From an uncultured delta proteobacterium (GTDB taxonomy: Bacteria; Myxococcota_A; Polyangia; Polyangiales; Polyangiaceae): a stretch of 64,000 nucleotides of DNA. The stretch spans positions 928,001-992,000 of the forward strand of contig CAWDXG010000001.1 of assembly GCA_963806225.1 (NCBI GenBank), written 5' to 3'. The notes beneath the pieces are model-generated. The model saw only the letters and a list, made by a program, of their open reading frames with translations, searched no databases and was not told the DNA's origin. The position numbers and the translations under genes are program-made. Below are positions 10,171 through 19,142 of the stretch, piece after piece. Each line of letters begins with the position of its first letter. Within the stretch, counting starts at the first letter, position 1.

Positions 10171-10746
10171 ATGAACAAGGGACGATCACGGCTGGAGATA
10201 CTGCTGCTCGCGGTGCTGGCGCTGGGGACGCTGCTCGCGTGCAAGAAGCTCGCGGCGAAGCTCACGGGCAAGAGCTCGGGCCCTTCGACGACCGAGCCAT
10301 TTTCGCAGAGCTACAGCTCGAAGAATGGGCTCATTACCGCCCACTATCCGGCATCCTTTGCGGCCAAGACAGTCGCGAGCACCAGCGTCGAGCTGGTGCG
10401 CAATCTGACGCTGGGTCACGACGAGGCTGTGGTGCTCGTGCCCATCCAGCGGCCCATCACCGACGAGCTCGACGAGCTGAGCCGCGTGATGTCCGACGCG
10501 CAGACGAGGCGCCTGAATCGCTTCACGAAGCGCTACGAGCGGCACACGACGTGCAACGGCCAGCCCGGCATCGAGATCGAAGGAGTGTGGTACACGAAGG
10601 CGAGTGGAGCGGCTGTCGTCTGGCACTCCTGCAACTTCATGCGCGACGGGCATGGCTTCTCCTTCTCGTACCTGGTGCCCCAGGCCGACGAAGCCTCGCA
10701 GGGCCCGTACCTGAAGAAGATCATGGAGGCGACCACCTTCAACTAG
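10171..10746 (+). CDS. Hypothetical lipoprotein
   Basis: GGAGG/AGGA upstream of the ATG; signal peptide ending LLAC. Confidence 0.7.
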   Translation: MNKGRSRLEILLLAVLALGTLLACKKLAAKLTGKSSGPSTTEPFSQSYSSKNGLITAHYPASFAAKTVASTSVELVRNLTLGHDEAVVLVPIQRPITDELDELSRVMSDAQTRRLNRFTKRYERHTTCNGQPGIEIEGVWYTKASGAAVVWHSCNFMRDGHGFSFSYLVPQADEASQGPYLKKIMEATTFN

Positions 10747-10790
10747 CCGCCGACCTCGCGCTGCGACGAGGCAGGTGGAGAGCTCCGGAT

Positions 10791-11381
10791 CTACTTCTTG
10801 ACCAGCTTGTCGAGTAGGCGCTTGGCGGCGGTCTTGTTGCCCTGGACCACCACCGTGACGAGCACGTCCGCATCCTTGTCCAGGTAGGTTGCGCCCATCT
10901 TCGCTTTCATGGGTTCCTGGTCCTTGGGGGGCATCATGCTGGCGGAACCGGGGATCGGGTTGTGCGCCGGACGGATGATCTCGATGTACCCCGATGCGCT
11001 TCCTGTCTGGATCCCGAAGCGGATGCTCTCGTACTTGCCGACCGTGCCCCCTCCAATGGCGACCGTCGGCGGCGCCCACTTCAGCTTCTGCACAGCCGTG
11101 ACAACGTCCTTGCCGTCGATGTCGCTGATGCTCGTGCCCGCGATCGTGGCCGTGGACTTCGGCTTCTGCGGCTCGGGCGGCTTCGCCGGCTCCGGCGGTT
11201 CTTCCGGCTCGGCGCTGGCCGAAGCTTCGGGTTCCTCGGCAGACGCGGACGGCGGCGGGGGCGGCGGAGGCGCCGGCGCGGCCTGTTCCGGAGGAGGTTT
11301 GGGGGGTGGTGGCGTCGACCCGCCGCATGCAACCAGAAGCGACAAGCCGACCAACGGAAGCCCAAGGCGGATCGCACGCAT
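10791..11381 (-). CDS. Hypothetical Pro-rich lipoprotein
   Basis: MRAIRLGLPLVGLSLLVACGG lipobox and a Pro/Glu-rich linker. Confidence 0.75.
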   Translation of the reverse strand: MRAIRLGLPLVGLSLLVACGGSTPPPPKPPPEQAAPAPPPPPPPSASAEEPEASASAEPEEPPEPAKPPEPQKPKSTATIAGTSISDIDGKDVVTAVQKLKWAPPTVAIGGGTVGKYESIRFGIQTGSASGYIEIIRPAHNPIPGSASMMPPKDQEPMKAKMGATYLDKDADVLVTVVVQGNKTAAKRLLDKLVKK

Positions 11382-11513
11382 GCGCCAGCCATACCCCCGC
11401 CCGTGCGGGGAGCAAATGGCGGGGGTCAAGCCCCCCGGAGCCTCCACCTACTCAATGGAAAACACAGGACTATCCGCCGTCGACCCGGGGCGCCAGGTCG
11501 ACAGCGTCCGGAC

Positions 11514-11939
11514 TCAGCGCACCACCGTCACCGGGCACGGCGCGTTGCGTATCACGTACTCGCTGACGCTGCCGAGCAGGAGCTCCGCGATCTCCGAACG
11601 CCCGCGCGTGCCCATCACGACCAGGTCCGCCTTGGAGCCTTCGGCGAAGGCGACGATCCCGTGCGCGGGATGACCGAGCTCGCTGTGCGTCGTGACGCTG
11701 ACCTTGATGTCGCCGATGGCTGCGCGCGCCGCATCGAAGCTGCCCTTGGCCACGTACTCCTTGGCGTGAGCAACGCCCTCGCGGTCGAGTGCTTCGAGCC
11801 CCATCTGCGCGACGGCCGGTGCGTCGAACACGTGGAGCAGCACGAGCTCCGCGTGCATGGCGGCTGCCAACTCGGCCGCGAACCGGGCCGCCTTGGCTGC
11901 GCCCTTCGATCCATCCACCGGAACCACAATGCGCTTCAT
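11514..11939 (-). CDS. Universal stress protein (UspA family)
   Basis: IVVPVDGS, DLVVMGTRGRS, LLGSVS, APCPVTVV; GAGGAGG RBS. Confidence 0.95.
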   Translation of the reverse strand: MKRIVVPVDGSKGAAKAARFAAELAAAMHAELVLLHVFDAPAVAQMGLEALDREGVAHAKEYVAKGSFDAARAAIGDIKVSVTTHSELGHPAHGIVAFAEGSKADLVVMGTRGRSEIAELLLGSVSEYVIRNAPCPVTVVR

Positions 11940-11984
11940 GCTTCCTCCTCTGGGCATCCCGGGCACCGGCCCGGAGGACGTGTT

Positions 11985-12401
11985 CTACGCCGCGTCCCTG
12001 CTGCGTGTCAGATAGAAGACAAGACCCGCCCCCGCCAGCACGATCATTGCAGCGCCCGCCAGTGTCAGCGGCACGAGCAGACTCGGCCGCTCCAGTGACG
12101 CGTGGTCGACAGCCCGTCGATCGTAGAACAGCACATGCTTGCCCCCCAAGGGTATCGTGGCATCGGGCGAGCCGGAGGGCACGTCCTGCTCGAGAAGGTG
12201 CTGCGCGCCCTTCGCGCGGTAGCTGAACTGGAGGCGGGTTCGACTGCCGGCGGCGGGAGTGCGCTTGACCAGGACGCCCTGCGTCGGTTTGTAGGTCGAG
12301 ACCTTGCTGCGCGCGATCAGGATGCCCGAGATCACGAACAGCCCGATGCCCAACAGGGCCAGCACCGCCGCGGCGGTGCGTCCGCGTCCTCGGCGCGTCA
12401 C
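11985..12401 (-). CDS. Small two-TM membrane protein (DUF3592-like)
   Basis: N- and C-terminal hydrophobic helices flank a soluble beta-rich segment. Confidence 0.6.
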   Translation of the reverse strand: MTRRGRGRTAAAVLALLGIGLFVISGILIARSKVSTYKPTQGVLVKRTPAAGSRTRLQFSYRAKGAQHLLEQDVPSGSPDATIPLGGKHVLFYDRRAVDHASLERPSLLVPLTLAGAAMIVLAGAGLVFYLTRSRDAA

Positions 12402-12402
12402 G

Positions 12403-13485
12403 TCAGCTGCCGTTCTTGCCGGGGTCCGAGAGGCGGACCTTGTCCAGGTCCGGGATCACGCGTGAGACGCGCCCGCGGACGACCTGGGTGACGAGCTTCC
12501 ACAGGCTTTCCTCGTCGGTGGCCTCGGCGAAGAAGCCGAGCGGGATCTGGAAGCCGCCCTTGTCACGGCGGCCGCCGCCGAAGAAACGCCCCTTGTCGTC
12601 CTTGCCGAACGCGTTCTCCATGAACGCGGCCGGGTCGACGCTGGCGGAGCTGGTGCGCAGCGAACCGTCGATGCGGTTCTCGACCAGGCCGTAGACGAGC
12701 ACCGTGTCGATGTCCTCGCGGCGCATGATGAAATCCGCTGCCGTCGGGATGGCATCGCGATTGACGGCCGAGACGCGTCCCACGCCGGCGAGCGCGAAGT
12801 CGCGGATGACCTCCAGGTTGACGAGCGCGCGGCTGACCGCGTCCATCGCCTCGGCCGTGATGGTGCGGCGTCCGATCCGGCTCAGCGTGGCGGCGTCACA
12901 GAAGCGCTTGACGTAGCCCGCTGCCCGGAAGTCCGCCGGCGTGGCCAGCGCAAAGTCGTCGGTGTCCGTCTGCATGCCGAACAGCATGGCCGTCGCTACC
13001 CGCGTCTCGTCGCTGCCGGTGCCGTCGAACGGAGCCAGCCCCTGTTCGAGGTACTCCGCGTAGATCGTGCTCGTCGAACCAACGTCCTGGCGGATGTCGA
13101 CGAACGGTGCGTCCGGTACCGAGGCCGGTCGATGGTGATCGACGATGCTCAGGAGCTCGAGACCCGGCGGCAGTTCCAGGCTGGCCTCGCTGGCGCTGGC
13201 GTCGACCAGCGATAGATAGCCGAACTGCTCCAGGTCCGCGGGCCCCGACACCTGCGTCAGCTTCACGCTCAGCAGGTTGACCAGGGCGCGGTTTTCCGTC
13301 CGCGCGACCGGCAGCACGTGCGCGATGGTCGAGGAGATGCCCAGGTGCTCACAGATGCGGTGGTGCGCCATGGCACTACCGATCCCGTCCGGATCCGGAT
13401 GGCCGCTCAGCAGGATGACGTGCGGCTTGTCCGTGGCGCCGGAGAGCACCTGTTCCAGCTCTGCGCGCTTCTGGAGAGTCTTCAT
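12403..13485 (-). CDS. DHH-family phosphoesterase (NrnA-like)
   Basis: HPDPDG, IVDHH, DTDDF and C-terminal GGGR motifs. Confidence 0.88.
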   Translation of the reverse strand: MKTLQKRAELEQVLSGATDKPHVILLSGHPDPDGIGSAMAHHRICEHLGISSTIAHVLPVARTENRALVNLLSVKLTQVSGPADLEQFGYLSLVDASASEASLELPPGLELLSIVDHHRPASVPDAPFVDIRQDVGSTSTIYAEYLEQGLAPFDGTGSDETRVATAMLFGMQTDTDDFALATPADFRAAGYVKRFCDAATLSRIGRRTITAEAMDAVSRALVNLEVIRDFALAGVGRVSAVNRDAIPTAADFIMRREDIDTVLVYGLVENRIDGSLRTSSASVDPAAFMENAFGKDDKGRFFGGGRRDKGGFQIPLGFFAEATDEESLWKLVTQVVRGRVSRVIPDLDKVRLSDPGKNGS

Positions 13486-13742
13486 GGGAGGGGGGAGGCG
13501 CCCCCGGAGAGGCACTTCAACCCAGAGCGTTGCGGGACCAGAGGCGACCGTCAAGCCGGAGGTGCAGCAGCGCCCCTCCGGCGCTTGATATCCGCCAAGA
13601 AGCGCTTTCGGAAGGCGTTCCGCGGGCGCTCCGGCTGAACGGCGGCGGGCCAGCAGCGCGCTGGCGGGGTCTCCCGTCTCGGCTCAGGCACCCGCCCCCG
13701 GCGGCCCCTTGACCGAGGCGAGCCTGCGCTCCGGAGGCGCTC

Positions 13743-14372
13743 TCAGGGCAGTGCCATGCCGCGCCGCGCATTGGCGTTGTCCGGCGAGACGGCCAGCACC
13801 GCCGCGAAGATCGCCTTGGCTTCGCGCCCGCGTCCCATCCGGGCCAGCGCCCAGCCCAGGCCCGTCCGGTGGTCGAGGTTGGCCGGGTAGTCCGCGACCA
13901 GCCCGCGGTAGAGCGTGGCCGAGTCCGGGTAGTTGCCGCGCGAGTAGTAGGCGTGGGCGAGGCGGGCGCGCGCGATCGCGTTCTTCGGATCCTGTTTGAG
14001 TACGGCGCGGCAGGCGACCTCGAGCTCGCGCCACTTATGCGCGGCGAGCAAGGGCAGCGTGAGCCCCAGCTTCGGCTCGATCGCCTTGGGCTTGTCGGCG
14101 ATGGCCTTCCTGTACGAACGCGCCGAGTCGGCGTAGCGCCCTGCCAGGTACTCGAGCCAGGCGGTCCGCGCGTCGGCGAAGTACGACGACCCGCCGCGCG
14201 CGCGGATTTTCTTCATGGCGTCGACGGCCTGCGCCGCCTTGTTCTGGGCTTCGAGTCGATACGACTGTCGATAGAGGTCGGCCACATCCGCGGTCGTGTC
14301 GGAGCGCGCCAGCGCCGGTGCCAGCACCACCAGCGCGAACCCGGTGGCAGCGGCGAGTCGGGATAGGTTCAT
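13743..14372 (-). CDS. Exported tetratricopeptide-repeat protein
   Basis: AAGGAG RBS, signal peptide (MNLSRLAAATGFALVVLAPALA) and TPR-like helices (AWLEYLAGRYADS, LAHAYYSRGNY, LGWALARMGRGREA). Confidence 0.85.
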   Translation of the reverse strand: MNLSRLAAATGFALVVLAPALARSDTTADVADLYRQSYRLEAQNKAAQAVDAMKKIRARGGSSYFADARTAWLEYLAGRYADSARSYRKAIADKPKAIEPKLGLTLPLLAAHKWRELEVACRAVLKQDPKNAIARARLAHAYYSRGNYPDSATLYRGLVADYPANLDHRTGLGWALARMGRGREAKAIFAAVLAVSPDNANARRGMALP

Positions 14373-14386
14373 CGTCGTTCTCCTTT

Positions 14387-15688
14387 TCAGAAACGTGGCG
14401 ACCAGCGCAGCCCGGCGGCGAAGCTGGTGTAGTTGCCGTCCTCGCCCGCCGCCGAGAGCTTTTCGAGCTCGCTCGACAGACCGAGCGTCCACTCGGGCGT
14501 GATGGCGAAGAGCAGCGCCGCCGAGCCACCGAGCGGAAGATCCTGGTCGAGCGTGAGCACCAGCGGGATAGCCGGCGACACCGGCCAGCGCTGGGTGCCG
14601 GTGTGCCCCGAGACGTAGAGCTGGAAGGGCCGGGTCGCGAGCGTGACGCCGGCCTCGATGCTCTCGGGGTCGCCCTGATCGTCGACGGTGAAGCGCGGTC
14701 CGGCCCAGAGCCCCAGCCAGTCGACGGGCCACACGAACGCGCGCGGTGCGACCTGCACATTCCAGCCCCGCTGGCGGCGCAGGGTCGCCTCGAATGCCTC
14801 CACGCCGAAGCGGCGCCCGAGCCGGAGCTGGGCTGCCTGACCGGGCACCGCGCGTTCGTCGCTGGGGAAGAGCGCCATGCCCAGCAGGTCGAGCCACGCG
14901 TACCTGCCGCCGAAGCCGAAGCCCAGGTAGGCGTCCTGCTCGTGCCACAGCGTCTCGCCGCTCGCGGTCGCCGCGCTGGTTCCGTTGCCAGGTCCTGGTC
15001 CTGGGCCGGCTCCCGCGCCGGGACCCATGCCGGCCGTGCCCAGCGCTGTGCTCGTCGCGCCGTTCGTCGGCCCGTGGAGATCGAGCCAGCTGACGCGGTA
15101 GGCCGCGCGCAGCCGAAAGTGATCGGACAGCTGCAGCGGTATGAGCGCGAAGACCGAGAAGCCGCCGCCCTGCGTTGTCCCAATCCGCTCGCCGAGGTAG
15201 CCGACCCACAGCTCCGGGTCGATGCGCTGCGCGCGCGCCAGGTCGAGCCCCTTCTGTGCGTCGTCCTGTGCGGGATCGAGTGCGAGCGCAGCGCGCCAGT
15301 GCTCGCGCGCTCTGCCGCGATCGCCATCTTCAAGCTCGTCGTAGCCTTCGAGCGTCAGGGCGGAGGCGAGCCCCTGCGCCGCTTCGGGGCCGGCGCCGGG
15401 CAGCGTGCGCGCGTGGCGATACTCGCGGACCGCGCGCGCGGCGTCACCGAGCTCCAGGCTCAGCCAGGCCAGCCGCACGCTCACCTCGTAGCCCGCCGGC
15501 TCGCGTCCCCAGGCCCGCACCAGAAGCTCGCGCGCTTCGCGCGGGTGCCCCGCCCGCTCCAGCTCCGCCGAGCGATCCCAGGCGCCGGCGCGCAGATCGT
15601 AGGTGTGCTGGTCGGCGGGCGCGCGCGGCGGAGCCGCCGCGGCCGCGGATGAGAGCAGCACGAGCGCGAGCGCGGCGCGGGCAATCAT
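14387..15688 (-). CDS. Exported protein with N-terminal TPRs and a probable C-terminal outer-membrane beta-barrel
   Basis: Signal peptide, TPR helices (LAWLSLELGDAARA), amphipathic aromatic-rich strands, C-terminus ...FAAGLRWSPRF; ATGA overlap with the upstream gene. Confidence 0.7.
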   Translation of the reverse strand: MIARAALALVLLSSAAAAAPPRAPADQHTYDLRAGAWDRSAELERAGHPREARELLVRAWGREPAGYEVSVRLAWLSLELGDAARAVREYRHARTLPGAGPEAAQGLASALTLEGYDELEDGDRGRAREHWRAALALDPAQDDAQKGLDLARAQRIDPELWVGYLGERIGTTQGGGFSVFALIPLQLSDHFRLRAAYRVSWLDLHGPTNGATSTALGTAGMGPGAGAGPGPGPGNGTSAATASGETLWHEQDAYLGFGFGGRYAWLDLLGMALFPSDERAVPGQAAQLRLGRRFGVEAFEATLRRQRGWNVQVAPRAFVWPVDWLGLWAGPRFTVDDQGDPESIEAGVTLATRPFQLYVSGHTGTQRWPVSPAIPLVLTLDQDLPLGGSAALLFAITPEWTLGLSSELEKLSAAGEDGNYTSFAAGLRWSPRF

Positions 15689-17805
15689 GCGGCCTGCTCC
15701 TGGTCCGGGTCGATGGAGCAGACCTCGACGCTCTGGCTCGTGCCGTCCCGGCGTACCTCGATGCGGTGCGCGCCGCCGCCGAGCGACAGCTCGGCGCGGC
15801 TGGAAAAGCGCGGGCTCTCGCCGATGACCTCGAGCGCGCCCGCGCTCCGCCGCGACGCGTAGCGCACCAGCGTGCCGCCCGCCTCCGGCGCTACCAGCGC
15901 GACCAGATCCGCTGCTGCGCGAAGCAGCCCCGGCAGGAGCAGCCGTCGCGGCAGGTTCTCGGTCCACGACAGGCGCTCGGCCTGATCGAACGGCACACGC
16001 GCCAGGGCGTACAGCACGAAGCGCAGGAGCGAGCGCGGGTCGCCCTCGAAGTCGACCACGACGAAGCCGCCGTCGTACACGTCGATGAACAGCCGCGCCC
16101 GGTCGCTCTCGAGGAAGCGCCGTCCGAGCAGGTCGACCTCGACCTGCGCGCGCTCGCGCCGCCCGCTGCCGCTGTCGACGAGCTCCCATGCCGTGCCCGG
16201 GTCGAACGACAGCGCGCGCGCCACGGCCTCGTCGCGCGTCACCGGACGCACCACGTCGTTTTCACCCGGCGTGACGCGGCTCGCCAGCGTCGCGCCGTCG
16301 TCGGAGCGCGTGACCACGTCGCCGAAGTCGGCCGCCAGCGTCGGGCTGCCCAGCGCGGGTGCGCGCTGCACCTGGAAGTGCAGGTGCGGTACCGGCGAGC
16401 GCCCCGAGCTGCCCGAGCGCGCGATCTCGGTGCCGGGGCTCACCACCTCGCCCTGCTTGACGCGGATACTGCCGGGCTTGAGGTGTGCGTACACCGAGTG
16501 CAGCGCCAGGCCGTGGGCGATGACGACGGCGTTGCCCCAGTTGTCGCGCGTGTTGACCTCGCCGGGGCGATTATCGGCGATGCCATCGACCACCTTGACC
16601 ACGGTGCCCTCGCCCGCCGCGACCACCGGCAGCCCGTAGCAGTGGTAGTCGCCGAGCGCGCTACCCTCGTTCCGGTATTTCTCTCCGTCCGGCCCGAGGA
16701 TCTCGAAGTCGAGCGCGTGTCGCCACGGCCCCTTGTGCGTGTAGCGGCCGTCGTAGGCCTGCGTGACGGTCCACTCGCCGCGGAAGGGCAGGCGGAAGGG
16801 CAGCCAGGCCACGTTGCCGAAGCGCCGGACGCGCGCCAGGTGCTTGGCGAGTGCCTCTTCCGGGCGATCGGCGGGCACGGCCGAGCGCGGATGGGCGTCG
16901 GTCTCGCGGCGTCGCGCTGCCGTCAGGAGCAGGTGCGTGGTAACGATGAAGGGCAGCGACAGCACCGGCAGGTACGCGATCGACGCCGCGGGCGACAGCG
17001 CGTAGGCGAGCACCGTCGCCACGGCAGCCGCGCCCGCGCCGAGCGCGATCGACGAGGGCTGCGGCACGAACCAGATCCCGCCCACGGCCATCGCCGCCAG
17101 GATGCCGTTGAACGACGCCACCACGTCCACCAGCGACCACGGCATGTCCGCGCGCAGCCAGAGCCGCATCAGCGCCGCCACCAGCCCGCCGACGACCGCG
17201 AGCAGCAGCGCGATGCGGCTGTACAAGGCGATCGCCGCGATCACCAGGATGCCCGCCACCTCCCCGTGCAGGAACAGGAGCGACGCCGGAATGTCGAGCC
17301 AGGAGCTCTCCAGCAGTCCGTGCGGCAGAAGCGACAGCGGCGTCACCAGCGACTCCGCGGCCACCGCCGGCAGGCTGTGCGACGCCAGGTGCACCGTCCA
17401 GGCCGCTGCGATGAACGGTAGCGAGTGCGTCGGCAGTGCCACCGGTGCGAACACAGCCTCGAACGACGCCATGAACAGCACGGCCAGCACCGCCGCCATC
17501 ACCACGTGGGCGACGGCTGGGCCGCCCGCCGGTGCGAACACGCCGATGGCCAGCGTCGCCAGCACCGCCGTGCAGGCGTAGCCGCCCTGGCGCACCGCTG
17601 CCCGCCCCAGCCCGAACAAGAGCACCACCACGTCCGCGATGGCGACCGCCCCGAGCGTGGCCAGGGCCAGCATGGGGAAGCTCGCGATGGCGAGCAGCAC
17701 CAGAAGGCCTGCGCGCAGATCGGTGGCGAACACGATCTGCGCGTACGGCCGGAGCAGCGCGTCGAGCGCGCTCCGGAGCGGGCTCGCTGTCAGTGCGCGA
17801 GCCAC
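15685..17805 (-). CDS. Urea-transporter (UT)-like membrane domain fused to an M23 metallopeptidase
   Basis: About 10 TM segments with a duplicated LPxxSLPFI motif, YAQIVF and FNGIL; then RHALDF, WGNAVVIAH, YAHL and PHLHF. The GTG start at 17805 has GGAGG upstream. Confidence 0.85.
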   Translation of the reverse strand: MARALTASPLRSALDALLRPYAQIVFATDLRAGLLVLLAIASFPMLALATLGAVAIADVVVLLFGLGRAAVRQGGYACTAVLATLAIGVFAPAGGPAVAHVVMAAVLAVLFMASFEAVFAPVALPTHSLPFIAAAWTVHLASHSLPAVAAESLVTPLSLLPHGLLESSWLDIPASLLFLHGEVAGILVIAAIALYSRIALLLAVVGGLVAALMRLWLRADMPWSLVDVVASFNGILAAMAVGGIWFVPQPSSIALGAGAAAVATVLAYALSPAASIAYLPVLSLPFIVTTHLLLTAARRRETDAHPRSAVPADRPEEALAKHLARVRRFGNVAWLPFRLPFRGEWTVTQAYDGRYTHKGPWRHALDFEILGPDGEKYRNEGSALGDYHCYGLPVVAAGEGTVVKVVDGIADNRPGEVNTRDNWGNAVVIAHGLALHSVYAHLKPGSIRVKQGEVVSPGTEIARSGSSGRSPVPHLHFQVQRAPALGSPTLAADFGDVVTRSDDGATLASRVTPGENDVVRPVTRDEAVARALSFDPGTAWELVDSGSGRRERAQVEVDLLGRRFLESDRARLFIDVYDGGFVVVDFEGDPRSLLRFVLYALARVPFDQAERLSWTENLPRRLLLPGLLRAAADLVALVAPEAGGTLVRYASRRSAGALEVIGESPRFSSRAELSLGGGAHRIEVRRDGTSQSVEVCSIDPDQEQAA

Positions 17806-19142
17806 TCCGGCATCGCCTCCAGGTCGAGCAGCGTGTCGAGCGTCTCGGCGCGCCGGACGAGCCCGTGCGCGCCGTCGGGCGACACCATCGCGACCGCCGG
17901 GCGCGTGGTGATGAACTGCATCCACTGCGTGACGTTGTAGGCGCCGACGTGATCGATCACGACGCGGTCGCCGGCGCGCACCGGCGGGAACATTGCCGTG
18001 TCGCGCACCACGTCGATGTTCATGCACAGCGGCCCGTACAGCACCGTGGGCTCGGGGATGCCGTGCGTGTCCTGGGCGGGGTGGACGGTGTGGCGGTACC
18101 ACCACGCCGTGGGCAGGATGTTGACGCCCGCGTCGAGGATCACCGCGCGCCGCCCGTCGCTGAGCCGCTTGTTGCCGACCACCGTCGAGAGCAGCACGCC
18201 CGCGTCGTCGACCAGCGCGCGCCCCGTCTCGAGCACGATGCGCGGCGCGCGCCGCCCTTCCAGCCCCTCCTCGATGCCCGCCGCGATTTTCTCGACGTAC
18301 TGGCCGAGCGAGGGCGTGATCTCCTCGCCCGGCAGGTACTGCGCGTGCAGCGTGTTGTGCGAGGCGAAGCCGCCACCGAGATCGATGGTCTCGATGCGCA
18401 CGCCGTGCTCGCTGTCGAGCACGCGCGCGAAGGCGGCCAGCGCGCGTGCCTCCAGCCGGTAGGCGTCCGAGTCGAGCACGAAGGTGCCGATGTGGCAGTG
18501 CAGCGTGCCGAGCTCGAGCCGCCCGCCGCGCAGGATGCGCTCGACCGCGCCCAGCGCCGAGCCGTTCTCCAGGTTGAAGCCGAAGCGATCCCACTGCGGC
18601 ACCGGCAGCTCGGACAGGTTGACGCGGATGCCGACCTTCGGCCGCACGTCGAGCTCCTCTGCCACGCTCTCGCACAGCGCCAGCTCGTCGAGGTGATCGA
18701 TGTGCACGTGCACGCCCTCGCGGAACGCCGTCTGGAGCTCCGCGCGGGTCTTTCCCGGGCCGTTGAACAGGATCTGCGGGCCCGGCACGCCGGCGCGCCG
18801 CGCCTTGTCGAGCTCCATGCCACTGACGACCTCCGCCAGCGCACCTTCCTGGTGGAAGACGGAGCAGACCGCGCCCAGGTAGTTGGTCTTGTACGACCAG
18901 GCGATGGAAAACTCGCTGAAGCGCCGCGCCAGCTCGTCCTTGAGCTCGCGGAAGCGCGTGCGCAGCGTCTTTTCGGAGAACACGAACAGCGGCGAGCCGT
19001 ACTCTTCGAGCAGCGCGGCGACGGGCACGCCGTCGACTTCCATGACGGGGCGGATGGTGGTCAGCGCGCCGAACTTGTTGTGGCGCCCGAGCGCGTGGCG
19101 CACGATGACGGGGCGCTCGTAGCGGGGCTTCACGGCTTCCAT
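17790..19142 (-). CDS. Fold-type III PLP decarboxylase (LysA/ornithine decarboxylase superfamily), substrate unknown
   Basis: YGSPLFV, WSYKTN (PLP Lys), FNGPGK, HCHIGT, DLGGGF, ETGRAL, GPLCMNID, VGAY. Confidence 0.9.
   Translation of the reverse strand: MEAVKPRYERPVIVRHALGRHNKFGALTTIRPVMEVDGVPVAALLEEYGSPLFVFSEKTLRTRFRELKDELARRFSEFSIAWSYKTNYLGAVCSVFHQEGALAEVVSGMELDKARRAGVPGPQILFNGPGKTRAELQTAFREGVHVHIDHLDELALCESVAEELDVRPKVGIRVNLSELPVPQWDRFGFNLENGSALGAVERILRGGRLELGTLHCHIGTFVLDSDAYRLEARALAAFARVLDSEHGVRIETIDLGGGFASHNTLHAQYLPGEEITPSLGQYVEKIAAGIEEGLEGRRAPRIVLETGRALVDDAGVLLSTVVGNKRLSDGRRAVILDAGVNILPTAWWYRHTVHPAQDTHGIPEPTVLYGPLCMNIDVVRDTAMFPPVRAGDRVVIDHVGAYNVTQWMQFITTRPAVAMVSPDGAHGLVRRAETLDTLLDLEAMPEWLAH

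Noticed and set aside
17806..18675. N-terminal extension of the 996-aa ORF 15685-18675
   Set aside because: It overlaps the decarboxylase in another frame and is Arg-rich nonsense; the real start is near 17805.
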